Part shown: one piece after another, positions 1 through 9,730 of the stretch
How the letters are laid out: each line of letters starts with the position of its first letter
How positions within the stretch are numbered: the stretch's first letter is position 1
IMG/VR virus record: IMGVR_UViG_3300025736_000014
Span: 5,708-69,707 of that record
Direction: 5' to 3' (one strand)
DNA: 64,000 nucleotides
From: a virus
Notes under the pieces: generated by a model
Databases searched by the model: none
Told to the model about the DNA's origin: nothing
What the model saw: only the letters and a program-made list of their open reading frames with translations
Made by a program: the position numbers and the translations under genes

Positions 1-13
1 TAACATATACTAG

Positions 14-42
14 AGTATATAACGACTCTAGTATATTGTCAA
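14..42 (-). promoter_or_regulatory. sigma70-type promoter overlapped by a 12-bp inverted repeat
   Basis: TTGACA (42-37)-N17-TATACT (19-14); ATATACTAGAGT (5-16) / ACTCTAGTATAT (25-36). Confidence 0.7.
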
Positions 43-43
43 T

Positions 44-562
44 TTATGATTCATCATATATCCAAGTGAATCCACCATAAGGAGTGTCTCCAGCAGGAGC
101 CGAAGCACCTGATGTCAACTGAACTCTCAAATATGAAGGTCCATAACCTGTTGCACTTCCTAGCGTAAGTGTAGCTAGGGCAATAGCAGCATTGGTAGCT
201 GAACCAGTTGGAACACCAGTATCACTAGCACCACCAGCGGTAGCTGCTGTAGCAGATGCAGTTGATTGTGTATAACCAGCAGCACTTGTGCCAACAGCGG
301 CATAGTTTGTGTTTGTGAATGTAGTTGATTGGTAAAATCGAATATTACTAAAAGTATTTGTTGCGTTTGTAGAAAAATAAGGTCTAAAGTGTAGACCAAA
401 AGAGTTCTGACCAGCAGGAATATTTGAACCAGCAGAATTATAGTTCTGTGTACCAGCGTTAGTAGCTTGCTTGAAGTTCCAAAGAGAACCTGTAGCACCT
501 AGTAACGAAGCAGAACCAGTATCTGATCCATATTGCTGAGCAACACTAAAAGTAGCAGCCAT
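44..562 (-). CDS. Ala/Gly/Thr/Ser-rich putative virion structural protein
   Basis: 172 aa ORF, GGAGG-like RBS (AAGGTGGTGA), low-charge beta-rich composition, downstream of head genes. Confidence 0.5.
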   Translation of the reverse strand: MAATFSVAQQYGSDTGSASLLGATGSLWNFKQATNAGTQNYNSAGSNIPAGQNSFGLHFRPYFSTNATNTFSNIRFYQSTTFTNTNYAAVGTSAAGYTQSTASATAATAGGASDTGVPTGSATNAAIALATLTLGSATGYGPSYLRVQLTSGASAPAGDTPYGGFTWIYDES

Positions 563-592
563 GTATTATTCACCACCTTTCAAAATTACAAA

Positions 593-814
593 TTAGCCTT
601 TCTTGGCTTTTATATATTTCTTCTCACTAATTTTTTTAGCTTTTAAATAAGCTTGTTGATCTTCTGGAGTAGCATCCACCAAAGGTAGACCTGTTGAGTC
701 AATACACTCAACCACCTTGTCTTTCTTTAAAATTTTCTTAGCCGTCTTGTCGTCAACAAAGACAACATCTCCAGCTTTATTACTTTTCATATTCACTAAA
801 TATCTTATCCACAT
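593..814 (-). CDS. small hypothetical protein in structural operon
   Basis: 73 aa ORF with AAGGAGG RBS. Confidence 0.6.
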   Translation of the reverse strand: MWIRYLVNMKSNKAGDVVFVDDKTAKKILKKDKVVECIDSTGLPLVDATPEDQQAYLKAKKISEKKYIKAKKG

Positions 815-835
815 AGAACCTCCTTTTTAAACAAT

Positions 836-857
836 AAAAAAACCGCCAATGCGGTTT
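836..857 (-). terminator. intrinsic terminator in the leader of the structural operon
   Basis: minus strand AAACCGC-attg-GCGGTTT followed by T-tract. Confidence 0.6.
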
Positions 858-915
858 CTAATAGATTAGATTCCAAATAAGAGCCTGAATGCCCTTAAAG
901 AAAACCCTTCATACT

Positions 916-945
916 ATTCTAGACAAATAAATCTAATTATGTCAA
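916..945 (-). promoter_or_regulatory. sigma70-type promoter
   Basis: TTGACA (945-940)-N18-TAGAAT (921-916). Confidence 0.6.
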
Positions 946-1301
946 GTGCGGATAAAGCCAAGGATAGTAGTACCAGATAGAGTAGTAACTATTACTTGAG
1001 AATTAACGAAGAATTTTCTTACTTCACCTGGATCAAGTTTATATCCACCCATCCCTGTTGTTGATAGATAGCATGGAAATTTACCCTGATTCTTAATAGT
1101 AGCTTGACCCTGTGTATATCCATCAAAAAGTTTGACTTTTCCCTTGATAGGAATTTCTCCAATTAATAGTTCTAAGCACTCGTCACGCAAAAACTCAGGC
1201 ATGAAATCTTTTAATCCACGAAGAAAATCAAAGTAAAGTTTCTTTAATTGCTTTCTGTCGTCAGCGTTTGGAATTTCTGGATTATCTACTCCCCTGCCCA
1301 T
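942..1301 (-). CDS. hypothetical protein
   Basis: 119 aa ORF coupled to the gpF-like gene. Confidence 0.6.
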   Translation of the reverse strand: MGRGVDNPEIPNADDRKQLKKLYFDFLRGLKDFMPEFLRDECLELLIGEIPIKGKVKLFDGYTQGQATIKNQGKFPCYLSTTGMGGYKLDPGEVRKFFVNSQVIVTTLSGTTILGFIRT

Positions 1302-2110
1302 AAAATCTTTACCTCTTTACTAAATTTTGGCATTGTCATACAACGACAACGAACATGTTGTGGCGATGATAAAACCCCTCCTGGGAATTCATCACCAACT
1401 TTTACATCACCAGCTTCTTCATTGGTCATACATTCAACACAAACCATCTCATCCCTACTCGTTATCCAACTATGAAGTTTGATCTTGTTACGCTTAAATA
1501 CTTCAACTTCCATCTCTCCCATAATTAAAGCAGCCTCTTGTTCGGCAACTACCTCAGCTCTCTCTTTAGCAGATGAAGTGGCGTTTCTTCTAAGCATAGA
1601 GGCAATCTCATATTCAGATAAACCTTTATTAACGCCCTCTTCTATTGTTCTAGCAATCCAATCTTGTGTTGTTCCATCAACGAATTTAACTAACTCTGAT
1701 GGTCTTTTTTTGATAGAAGCAAGTAGAGCTTTATTCTCAAGTTTGAACTTAAGATCAGACTTAAGCTTATTAACACCAGACTGACCACCTTTATTCCCAG
1801 CCCATTCAATATACGAAGCTATCTCAACTTCAGTAATAAAATTAGTCAAAGGAATCCATATCAATATAATGTTCTTAAGTAAATCTTTATTATTAAGTTC
1901 TTTAACTGCTTTATTCACTCCAATAACCTGAGCAACTTTATTCTTTTTAGAAAAAAACAAAATCTGCTTAAGGATAGCCTTCTCAATCTTCTTTCTAAAA
2001 TCGTGGTGTTTCTTGTTATCTAAGGTGTCATGTAGGGCAATATTAAATCTAGCTTTATAAAAGAAAGCCTCAACTGCTCTTTTGACCCTTTTTAACTGTT
2101 GTTTTTTCAT
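1286..2110 (-). CDS. phage minor head protein, Mu gpF/SPP1 gp7-like
   Basis: C-terminal W-x-T-x2-D..C-x2-C..P-x-H-x2-C-R-C motif; follows portal. Confidence 0.85.
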   Translation of the reverse strand: MKKQQLKRVKRAVEAFFYKARFNIALHDTLDNKKHHDFRKKIEKAILKQILFFSKKNKVAQVIGVNKAVKELNNKDLLKNIILIWIPLTNFITEVEIASYIEWAGNKGGQSGVNKLKSDLKFKLENKALLASIKKRPSELVKFVDGTTQDWIARTIEEGVNKGLSEYEIASMLRRNATSSAKERAEVVAEQEAALIMGEMEVEVFKRNKIKLHSWITSRDEMVCVECMTNEEAGDVKVGDEFPGGVLSSPQHVRCRCMTMPKFSKEVKILWAGE

Positions 2111-3845
2111 CGACTATATCTTTCACATTATCATAAAGCTCTAACATAGATGTTAGCATGTTATTCTCATGACTAATGAAAGGATCAAATAATTGATCTA
2201 TATCCTCTCTTTTCTTGATTGTCATTAAGCCATCTCCAATAATCCTCTTAGTTCTAGAATCAATTATTTCAGAACTGAAAGCTCTAAATTCACGATTCTT
2301 TTTGAAATCGTTTTTAGTTGCCTTTTTCCATCTCTTCAACTCTTCAAACAATTCTTTATCAGCAATTTTTTTAATCTTGCTAGTAACTGAATTATCTTTA
2401 GGTGGAGCTGTCTTATCTTTTGGTGTACCAGGTTTATCTTTCGGTACGGGTGGTTGTCCAGTTCCATCTTTAGGTAAATATGATTGTGGCAATATAGGTG
2501 TTCCTTGCTCTGACATCTCAATCAAGTCTTTAACAAACACTGGACCTGTAGGCGTAGTAATATAGTGACCCATCCCAATCGGCTCATAACCTTCTCCAAT
2601 CCTCCACTCGTCAACTGATACGGCACCATACCCAACCAATTTAGCGAATACATCAGCCTCCTCTTTCTTATTAGTTGGATTGATATTTGTCCATACAAAT
2701 TCAAGCTCATCTTGTCCTAAATCTTCCTGAACCATGCGATCAAAGATCTCTTTCAAGAAGTTAGCAGTTGGATAAAGACCACGTTCTTTACCGATTTCCC
2801 ACTCTGCCTCAGTTGCCCCTTTGCCCCTATCAAATTGAAAACCAATAGACTGTGGTGGTACTTCCATTACTGAACAAGTATTAAGCAATAGCCACTTCTC
2901 AAACCTATCAAACTTCATATCGTCTGGTTTTCTAATTGGATGCCACTGCATTCCCTCTGGTAAGAATTTAATCTTTCTCTGAAATCTTGGATCACCTGAA
3001 AACATAGCATCCCACTTGCTTTGCCATACCTGCATCTGCTCTGGGCTATCAGCAACTTCCTTTGGAAGTTCGACAAAGCCCTCTGGAACATTCCCTTCTG
3101 TTAAGTAAGCAAGGTTATAAGAAGACAGTTTTAAAGCTGTTGTTACTGTGATAATTAGTGTTTCTACTGGGCTTAACCCATATGGGGTGTTAGTCCTTGG
3201 GTTCATAAGTCTATAAATTAATTCATCTGTAGATAGCTTCGCTGTTAATTTCCCATCAATGACCTGAACGTATGCTTTACGTGGTGCCGCAGGAACTGTC
3301 CCATCCTTATTTAGCATCAATTTAATGGTTGCACTATCTATTGGTAAATATCCATATAAATCACCTTTCCTATTCAGACGCTTATAGATAGACACAGCAT
3401 CCAATACCATCAAGTCCTCAATGATTTTATTAACAAATATTCTGAAACTCATTGTTTCATCTCCAGTAGGATATTTTAAGAAATCTTTTGTAGTCTTAGA
3501 TTCTTCTCTTAATCTATCTTTCTTCTTCTTATCTTTAACAACTTCACGAGGAACAATATCCCAATCTAACTGTGTAATTTGTCTTTTGCGATAATTGACA
3601 CAAGACCTAAGGATCGGATAGAACAAAGCAAACTCTCTTAAAATACCATAACTGATTCCGCCAGGGAAACTCTTCTTAACTACCTTTCTATTAATCGTAC
3701 CAGCACCATCTGGATATGTGTCAATTGGTAATGACTGTGTCGTTAATCTCTTTTTTAATTCTCCATCTTTCTCAATCGTTTCTTCGAGTGATTTCTCAAT
3801 CACAGGGTTAATAACTCTCTTCAAAAGATTATCAAAAATTCCCAT
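2070..3845 (-). CDS. phage portal protein
   Basis: 591 aa directly after TerL; portal-like motifs (YGLSP, GNVPEG, VPPQSIG). Confidence 0.85.
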   Translation of the reverse strand: MGIFDNLLKRVINPVIEKSLEETIEKDGELKKRLTTQSLPIDTYPDGAGTINRKVVKKSFPGGISYGILREFALFYPILRSCVNYRKRQITQLDWDIVPREVVKDKKKKDRLREESKTTKDFLKYPTGDETMSFRIFVNKIIEDLMVLDAVSIYKRLNRKGDLYGYLPIDSATIKLMLNKDGTVPAAPRKAYVQVIDGKLTAKLSTDELIYRLMNPRTNTPYGLSPVETLIITVTTALKLSSYNLAYLTEGNVPEGFVELPKEVADSPEQMQVWQSKWDAMFSGDPRFQRKIKFLPEGMQWHPIRKPDDMKFDRFEKWLLLNTCSVMEVPPQSIGFQFDRGKGATEAEWEIGKERGLYPTANFLKEIFDRMVQEDLGQDELEFVWTNINPTNKKEEADVFAKLVGYGAVSVDEWRIGEGYEPIGMGHYITTPTGPVFVKDLIEMSEQGTPILPQSYLPKDGTGQPPVPKDKPGTPKDKTAPPKDNSVTSKIKKIADKELFEELKRWKKATKNDFKKNREFRAFSSEIIDSRTKRIIGDGLMTIKKREDIDQLFDPFISHENNMLTSMLELYDNVKDIVDEKTTVKKGQKSS

Positions 3846-3846
3846 A

Positions 3847-6549
3847 TTATTTTACCTCTTTTATCCTTTGGGCGTTTACTCTTATCCAATCTATCAAGCC
3901 AGGATTTTCATCCTTACCTGGTTGGCTGTAGTAATCCAAAAGAGCCTTTCCTGTTAACGCTCGAGATTGAGCCATACGAGCAAAATTTAAGGCGTGGAAA
4001 TAGTGGTCAGTTCCTTGCCTGGTCTCAACCCAGAAAGCAGTTTCCTCACCAGTTCTTCTGTTTTTCTTCGTAACTCTCGTTAACGATCTTAACTGGTTAT
4101 AGAAACCTGGAACTGTTTCTATGTTCCTTGGCAGCTCTACCACCTTATTTTGTATATCACTTACAAGATAATCCAGACTGATCGTCCTGTCAAGTTTAAC
4201 CTCATATTTTATATTGTCCCACCTAAAATATTCTTTGACAGTAAACTTGGATGACGGATAGGTTGCTGCAAATATCCTCCTGGGAAATTTCTCTATCAAT
4301 TCTTTTACTAACCCCTGTTCTGGCAATTTATCAACGACAGCAATTTTAATATCATAAGCTCCCATAACACTCTCAATGCTATTAGCTGGTCCGAAGAATT
4401 TGCTAACAATACCTGCCCAAACTACACGATATCCTTCGCCTTTTATTTTCTGGACAACAACAACGTTATGGACTTTACTACCAATATCAATACCAGCGAA
4501 ACAAGACTTTTTGGATTCAATAGGAATCTCATACTCTTTTTTACATGCGTTTAACTCAGAAATTTGGACAACCTGTCCTGAAACCTCGTAAGGAAGCCCA
4601 AGGTCTTGATTATAAAACTGCTGTAAAGCAGAAAAACCTATAAGTTTTGCACTCCGATATTTCTTAACAATATCAGCAATAGTTACTGATGGATTATACA
4701 TCCCATTAACTCTATATCCATGAACATCACTAGATGGGTTTTGAGCTTCCCATCTACCATCAACAATTCTTTTCATCTTCTTTTTACACTGACGGCAAAC
4801 ACAAGTTTTATTTTTATAATTAATATTCTTAAAGAAATCTAACTCTTGCCATAATCCACAATTCTTACACTTAATCTGCCATACTCTTTGATCGCTATCT
4901 AAATAGGCTTGGTGAATAGCATGCTTTGGTAGAGTAGGAGTAGAAATTTCACGTCTCCACTTTAGATCAGAAGCGTTCATACGCTTATCAATAAAAGGAA
5001 CATTCCTTTCGTCAAACCTATCTCGTTCATCTAAGAAAACACAATCAGCATCAACAGAAATAATCTGTTTCTCGTTTGTGCTACCACGAAAATAAATATC
5101 TCCTTTGCCTATCTTTTTTAAACCCAACGTCTCGACTCTTTTTCCCTGAACAGACTCAACCCGATCTTTTAAGTAGTCAGACATGTTAAGAACTGGATTA
5201 AGACGAGCTTGGACAAACTCTTGTAACTGCTTCTGGGCGGGGAATGTGTTACCAGTCCAATAAATTGATCCCTTTCTCCTAGCTAAAAATGTTCCGTTAT
5301 CTGTTCTTGGACACCAAACAATACCATCATAGTCAATATGCTTCCTATGTAACTTCCTTACAGATATATTATTAGATAGATATAATTGCATATTAGATGA
5401 TCCGTCTTTTCTTTTTACAATCCTTGTTGATATGCCAGCTAAAGAGCAAACCATAGTCCATATGTCAATTCTTTGCTTATTCTTCTGTGTAAAGGCTCTA
5501 ACTAGATTGCCTCTCTTTGTTTTTCTTCTCCACCCGTCTGCATCTAGTGATGTTTCTATAAATATATTCAATTGGTTTTTTGTTAAAGATAAAATAAATT
5601 CTATTGATGGAACTTTGTTTGGCATTACTAACCTTATTTTTCTTGCTACCTCTCCCTTAAACATAAGCTGAACACAATTAGAGTCGTTATTGGAAAGATG
5701 TTCTTTATAGCTAAGTTTGTTGAGTTTTAGACATCTTTTTATCTTCTGAACTTTATCATGATTAACTTTCTCTGATTGTGTTATACCTATTAAACTTGGT
5801 CCTATGCCTCGAATTCCTTTTCCCTGTGCTTTTGCAAAGTGTCCATCTGTCCAAACCCAAGCACATAATTCAACAAATTGATTTGAGTATGTTTTGTCCT
5901 TTGGTAAATCGGCACAAGAAACAGCACGAGGAATATATTTATCTCCAATAAACATATCTTTGGTTTGTGTAAAGTAAAAACCCTGCTTCTTATGTTTGTT
6001 GATCCACCCATCTTTTACTATCCATCTATGATTGTTAGTAACAAGTGCAGAAAACTTATTTGTCTCCAATAAAATAAGTTTAGTTTTAACCTTCTTGGTA
6101 AAAAGCTCTTTAGATTTTTTCCACTCACTCTTTCCAGTTATTTTATTCATAGTAAGTATAACTTCACCATCTCTTATCTGATTAAACCTTAACCACCCTC
6201 TTTTAGATAAAAGCTCTGTTTTTTCGTCTACGCAATAGAGTACATTCTTCCCTAGAATATCAGCAATCCACACAGCCTCAGAAATACCACGCTCAGACAA
6301 TCCCATCTGTGATGCCTTGGTATACACAATATTGTGATACTGGTCAGTATAGATTTGTACTAAATATTTCCTGTCGGAGAATTTAAGAGGTTTCCCCTTT
6401 GAGGTAAGCCAAACTGCTTTTACCCAAGTGAAATAATCAGACAACTTCTCCTTCTTGAACTTCTGCTGTGCCTTTATTAGCAGTTGCTTCTCCAGCACGG
6501 CTAGCTCTTTCTCGTTTAACTTCTGCAAGGAGCTTGAGAACGCCTTCAT
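3847..6549 (-). CDS. terL: terminase large subunit, GpA-like, intein-containing
   Basis: KASQMGLSE Walker A variant, VFLDERD Walker B, ISTPT coupling motif, CxxC..CxxC, C-terminal nuclease (GIDIG, DHYFHA). Confidence 0.9.
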   Translation of the reverse strand: MKAFSSSLQKLNEKELAVLEKQLLIKAQQKFKKEKLSDYFTWVKAVWLTSKGKPLKFSDRKYLVQIYTDQYHNIVYTKASQMGLSERGISEAVWIADILGKNVLYCVDEKTELLSKRGWLRFNQIRDGEVILTMNKITGKSEWKKSKELFTKKVKTKLILLETNKFSALVTNNHRWIVKDGWINKHKKQGFYFTQTKDMFIGDKYIPRAVSCADLPKDKTYSNQFVELCAWVWTDGHFAKAQGKGIRGIGPSLIGITQSEKVNHDKVQKIKRCLKLNKLSYKEHLSNNDSNCVQLMFKGEVARKIRLVMPNKVPSIEFILSLTKNQLNIFIETSLDADGWRRKTKRGNLVRAFTQKNKQRIDIWTMVCSLAGISTRIVKRKDGSSNMQLYLSNNISVRKLHRKHIDYDGIVWCPRTDNGTFLARRKGSIYWTGNTFPAQKQLQEFVQARLNPVLNMSDYLKDRVESVQGKRVETLGLKKIGKGDIYFRGSTNEKQIISVDADCVFLDERDRFDERNVPFIDKRMNASDLKWRREISTPTLPKHAIHQAYLDSDQRVWQIKCKNCGLWQELDFFKNINYKNKTCVCRQCKKKMKRIVDGRWEAQNPSSDVHGYRVNGMYNPSVTIADIVKKYRSAKLIGFSALQQFYNQDLGLPYEVSGQVVQISELNACKKEYEIPIESKKSCFAGIDIGSKVHNVVVVQKIKGEGYRVVWAGIVSKFFGPANSIESVMGAYDIKIAVVDKLPEQGLVKELIEKFPRRIFAATYPSSKFTVKEYFRWDNIKYEVKLDRTISLDYLVSDIQNKVVELPRNIETVPGFYNQLRSLTRVTKKNRRTGEETAFWVETRQGTDHYFHALNFARMAQSRALTGKALLDYYSQPGKDENPGLIDWIRVNAQRIKEVK
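5248..6234 (-). mobile_element. intein (329 aa) with LAGLIDADG homing endonuclease in TerL
   Basis: starts CVDEKTELL, TxxH block B (TNNH), two LAGLIDADG-like helices (AWVWTDG, TSLDADG), ends WTGN followed by Thr; exteins rejoin as NVLY/TFP. Confidence 0.92.
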
Positions 6550-7003
6550 AATCAGAATCCTTTAATAATTTGTCTAAATTTGTATTCGGTAATTCAATGT
6601 TAATCTGCGTTAATCCTCCACCATGAGGAGCCCTTTCGCCCATACCTAAAGCTTTTCGCTCTTCTTTCATCCCAGCAATAACCATACGTCTTGCCTCATC
6701 AATAGTTTCAATCTCTAACGTTTTTAATTTCTTTGCAGCTTTAGCTTGAAGATATCTCGCCAATCTTGCCTGTCTTTGTCTGACAGCAGTTACCTCATCA
6801 ACACTTTGACTAACCATCTTATTCTTAGCCTCATCTGTCATCCTCTCTTGAAGTGCCTTCTTCTCAGATGCCCACCCCGCTGTCTGGTTAAAATTAGTAG
6901 TAGGAATTTTCTTAGATTCTAGAAACTTCTTTACCGTCAACCAATCTCCAGTGAGATATTCACGCTTCAATTTAGGCCAATTCCACTTACCTCTTGTTGC
7001 CAT
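6437..7003 (-). CDS. putative terminase small subunit
   Basis: 188 aa basic helical protein immediately upstream of TerL. Confidence 0.55.
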   Translation of the reverse strand: MATRGKWNWPKLKREYLTGDWLTVKKFLESKKIPTTNFNQTAGWASEKKALQERMTDEAKNKMVSQSVDEVTAVRQRQARLARYLQAKAAKKLKTLEIETIDEARRMVIAGMKEERKALGMGERAPHGGGLTQINIELPNTNLDKLLKDSDYEGVLKLLAEVKRERASRAGEATANKGTAEVQEGEVV

Positions 7004-8483
7004 GTTTTTTTACCTTCTTTGGTGGCTTCCAATTCTTACGTTCCACCTTAAGATTATTATACACCTCAGTGAATAAATTGTCCCATAGTGGTGAAATTTT
7101 CTTCCAACTATAATCTTGTACCCACTTGTATGCCCTCTCTGTTATTTTAGTTACCTTGTCTGGATTATCGTAAATCCAAATCATCTTCTTGACCGCATCT
7201 TCAACGTTGCCAAGTGGTCTGATTCTTTCATAGTCAGCAGTGCCATATGTCGCCCACTCTGAACTATTAGCACCACTCTTATATGGAATACCCCTCACTT
7301 TCTTGGCTAAAGATTCTATATCATCTAGACTATCAGACTTATCATAATTAAATAACTCTGGATGAACGGTATTATCAGGAGCTAAAACAGGAGTTTTAGT
7401 AGCAAATCCCTCCATGTTATAAAAACCAAATCCTTCGCCCAAACTTGTACTAATAATCATATCAGACACGTTATAGATTAGGTTCATAGCTTCTACAGGA
7501 AATCCTGTATTAGCAGAGAATTTCGCAGGAACAGCCCAGTCTTTACCCATCTCTAGGTTGAACTGCCTACCATACTCTAATAGCGATCCCCAAGCATCAG
7601 TTTCCTGACAGTGAAGATATAAGAAAGAATCTGGTCGACGCTTTTGAAATTCCTTAAATATTTTCATCGTTCTTGGTAAGTCTTTTCTCTGTTGATTCCT
7701 AGCAACGGCAGTTACTAAGAAAGTCTCTGGTTTGACTTTACCATCAAATAACTGCTTCCTATACTTTACTTTTTCCTTATCACTAATTGGATTAAAAATA
7801 TCTGTATCTACACCGTGATAAATAACTCTTAATCTCTTAGGAACTTCAGTTGGTCTATCCAAAGTATTATCAGCTTTGATAATCTCCTCTTTTCCATACT
7901 TAGTGTATGCCACTGGATAATCAGCCATAGAAATCGAGTTTTCAACCCAATTAGCTTTTAGGGGAGAATCAACTGGCCAGTAAGAAACAACCTTAAAGTG
8001 CCAATCTGGCGGAAGACTATCCTTTGAACTCTTTTGCGTCTTCTTAATTACTTTCATAGTTCCTACATTAAAAACAGGAAGGGGCTGTTCTAAGATAAAA
8101 GCATCATTAAGTGTAAAGACAATATCCCAAGGGGGAAGTATATCTGGATCTTTACCTAGTAACGCTGCTACCAGTCTAGCTCTACCATAAATATCTCCTC
8201 CTATACCTAGTTGAGCACCAGGTTTAGCAGGAAAAATTCTATAAGGATATTTAATCGGATTTTTCCAGCCACCCCTATCGTTCACCCCAATAATATCAAT
8301 ATCATACTTTCTAGTCTTTCCATCTGCTTTCTTAAGCATGGCGATATAATTAAAAATTCCTCTAGCAACCGTAGCGAACCCTGTAGCACAAGAAGGAGAA
8401 TCAATCCATATAAGTAATCTAATCCTATCTGTTTTTTTATTAGTATTTGGTAAAACTATCTTAACTTTATTTTTCTTACTCAT
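6987..8483 (-). CDS. GT-B glycosyltransferase (GT4-like)
   Basis: DSPSCATGFA N-terminal motif, RNQQRK, EGFGFYNMEGFA (E-x7-E); probable start MSKK at 8483. Confidence 0.85.
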   Translation of the reverse strand: MSKKNKVKIVLPNTNKKTDRIRLLIWIDSPSCATGFATVARGIFNYIAMLKKADGKTRKYDIDIIGVNDRGGWKNPIKYPYRIFPAKPGAQLGIGGDIYGRARLVAALLGKDPDILPPWDIVFTLNDAFILEQPLPVFNVGTMKVIKKTQKSSKDSLPPDWHFKVVSYWPVDSPLKANWVENSISMADYPVAYTKYGKEEIIKADNTLDRPTEVPKRLRVIYHGVDTDIFNPISDKEKVKYRKQLFDGKVKPETFLVTAVARNQQRKDLPRTMKIFKEFQKRRPDSFLYLHCQETDAWGSLLEYGRQFNLEMGKDWAVPAKFSANTGFPVEAMNLIYNVSDMIISTSLGEGFGFYNMEGFATKTPVLAPDNTVHPELFNYDKSDSLDDIESLAKKVRGIPYKSGANSSEWATYGTADYERIRPLGNVEDAVKKMIWIYDNPDKVTKITERAYKWVQDYSWKKISPLWDNLFTEVYNNLKVERKNWKPPKKVKKHGNKR

Positions 8484-8484
8484 A

Positions 8485-8823
8485 TTATTTGTTTCCTTTC
8501 TTAGGTCGACCATGATAATGGACATGATCGGGAATAGACCTCATATTTTTATCAAGAGTCCACTTTCCCTTTCCATATACTTTATCACAAACCTCCGATA
8601 ATCTCCAAACCATCTGACTGTCAACCCTATGTCTAGCTTCTTTAACATGCTTTCTGAATACAATCATTGGACACTTACACTTTACACAGTCAAGTACTAC
8701 ATACTTCTTGGATTCAAAATACCACTTCGTCTTTTTTTCTAGCTCACAAAGCTCACAACCCTCCTCTGGTTTCTCTTTTTCTAATGCCTTAGCTATATCA
8801 GCTATTGATGAATTAACGTCCAT
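8485..8823 (-). CDS. HIT-like protein
   Basis: N-terminal CxxC and C-terminal HxHxH (PDHVHYH). Confidence 0.6.
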   Translation of the reverse strand: MDVNSSIADIAKALEKEKPEEGCELCELEKKTKWYFESKKYVVLDCVKCKCPMIVFRKHVKEARHRVDSQMVWRLSEVCDKVYGKGKWTLDKNMRSIPDHVHYHGRPKKGNK

Positions 8824-9112
8824 CTTCTACCTCCTTTAATTTTGCTTTAAGATAATTAACTTCAGATTTTAATCTTGCTGAGTCATCTTTTAGTACTATT
8901 ATTTGCTGCTCTTGATCTTTAGTAGTATCAATAAGTGCTTGGAAATTACTATTTATATCTTTAGCACCAATTATATCTCCGTCATTAAAAACCTTACAAG
9001 TGTTGGCGTTCTTTTTCACCGCTCCACACTCACACACATAATCAAAGCCATGGGCTTTCCACTTATGGTCCCCTAATAGCTTGTGCATTGTTTTATCTGC
9101 TTTTCTTATCAT
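8813..9112 (-). CDS. small Zn-finger protein, paralog 4 of tandem array
   Basis: MHKLLGDHKW..CECG N-terminus, coiled-coil C-terminus. Confidence 0.7.
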   Translation of the reverse strand: MIRKADKTMHKLLGDHKWKAHGFDYVCECGAVKKNANTCKVFNDGDIIGAKDINSNFQALIDTTKDQEQQIIVLKDDSARLKSEVNYLKAKLKEVEDGR

Positions 9113-9456
9113 GATGCCGCTCTCAAATCGCTAATAGATACTGAACCGACTGGCGTATTAATATACTGAGATGCCGTACTCAAGTGATTCATTGACTTTG
9201 GTTTCTTAGTACTATATCCAGATTGATAACCAACAGATGTTGTCCCTAATGCAGATGTAGTATAAGTACCTGATCCGCTAAAAGAAGGTACAGAACCATA
9301 TGTATCTTTTGGATAAAGGAGATTGCCACACTTAGTACATCTAGTTATTGGATTGCCATAACTATCAAAGTCAGCAACTGGTTGATGACCATCATCACCA
9401 CAGTCTAACAATCTACGCATGGTTTTATCGAATTTTTTAGGTTTCGTCATACTCAA
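9109..9456 (-). CDS. small Zn-finger protein, paralog 3
   Basis: DKTMRRLL..H..CTKCG, Ser/Thr-rich tail. Confidence 0.7.
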   Translation of the reverse strand: MSMTKPKKFDKTMRRLLDCGDDGHQPVADFDSYGNPITRCTKCGNLLYPKDTYGSVPSFSGSGTYTTSALGTTSVGYQSGYSTKKPKSMNHLSTASQYINTPVGSVSISDLRAAS

Positions 9457-9730
9457 ATCTTAATTTTTTCGGTAATAAATAAAGTGGTGAACTTACTGGC
9501 TTATTGTTTTCCAAGGTTGCGACTGCTTCTTCTATGTCCTTTAAAGTTAAAGTACCACCAGTATTAGCAGTGTAAATAGTAGAAGAATAGTTTCTATAAA
9601 AATCTTTAAAAATAGGTGACTTGCGAGTTTCACCACAAATAGAACAAATCTCGACAGAAATATCAATACCATCTGTTTCCCACTCATGATTCCCCAATAA
9701 CTTATGCATTACTAAGTCAACCTTCCTCAT
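9437..9730 (-). CDS. small Zn-finger protein, paralog 2
   Basis: MHKLLGNHEW..CSICG. Confidence 0.7.
   Translation of the reverse strand: MRKVDLVMHKLLGNHEWETDGIDISVEICSICGETRKSPIFKDFYRNYSSTIYTANTGGTLTLKDIEEAVATLENNKPVSSPLYLLPKKLRFEYDET

Noticed and set aside
44-1301. Major capsid protein or prohead protease after the portal
   Set aside because: None of these ORFs has the size or motifs; these genes probably lie beyond the left edge.
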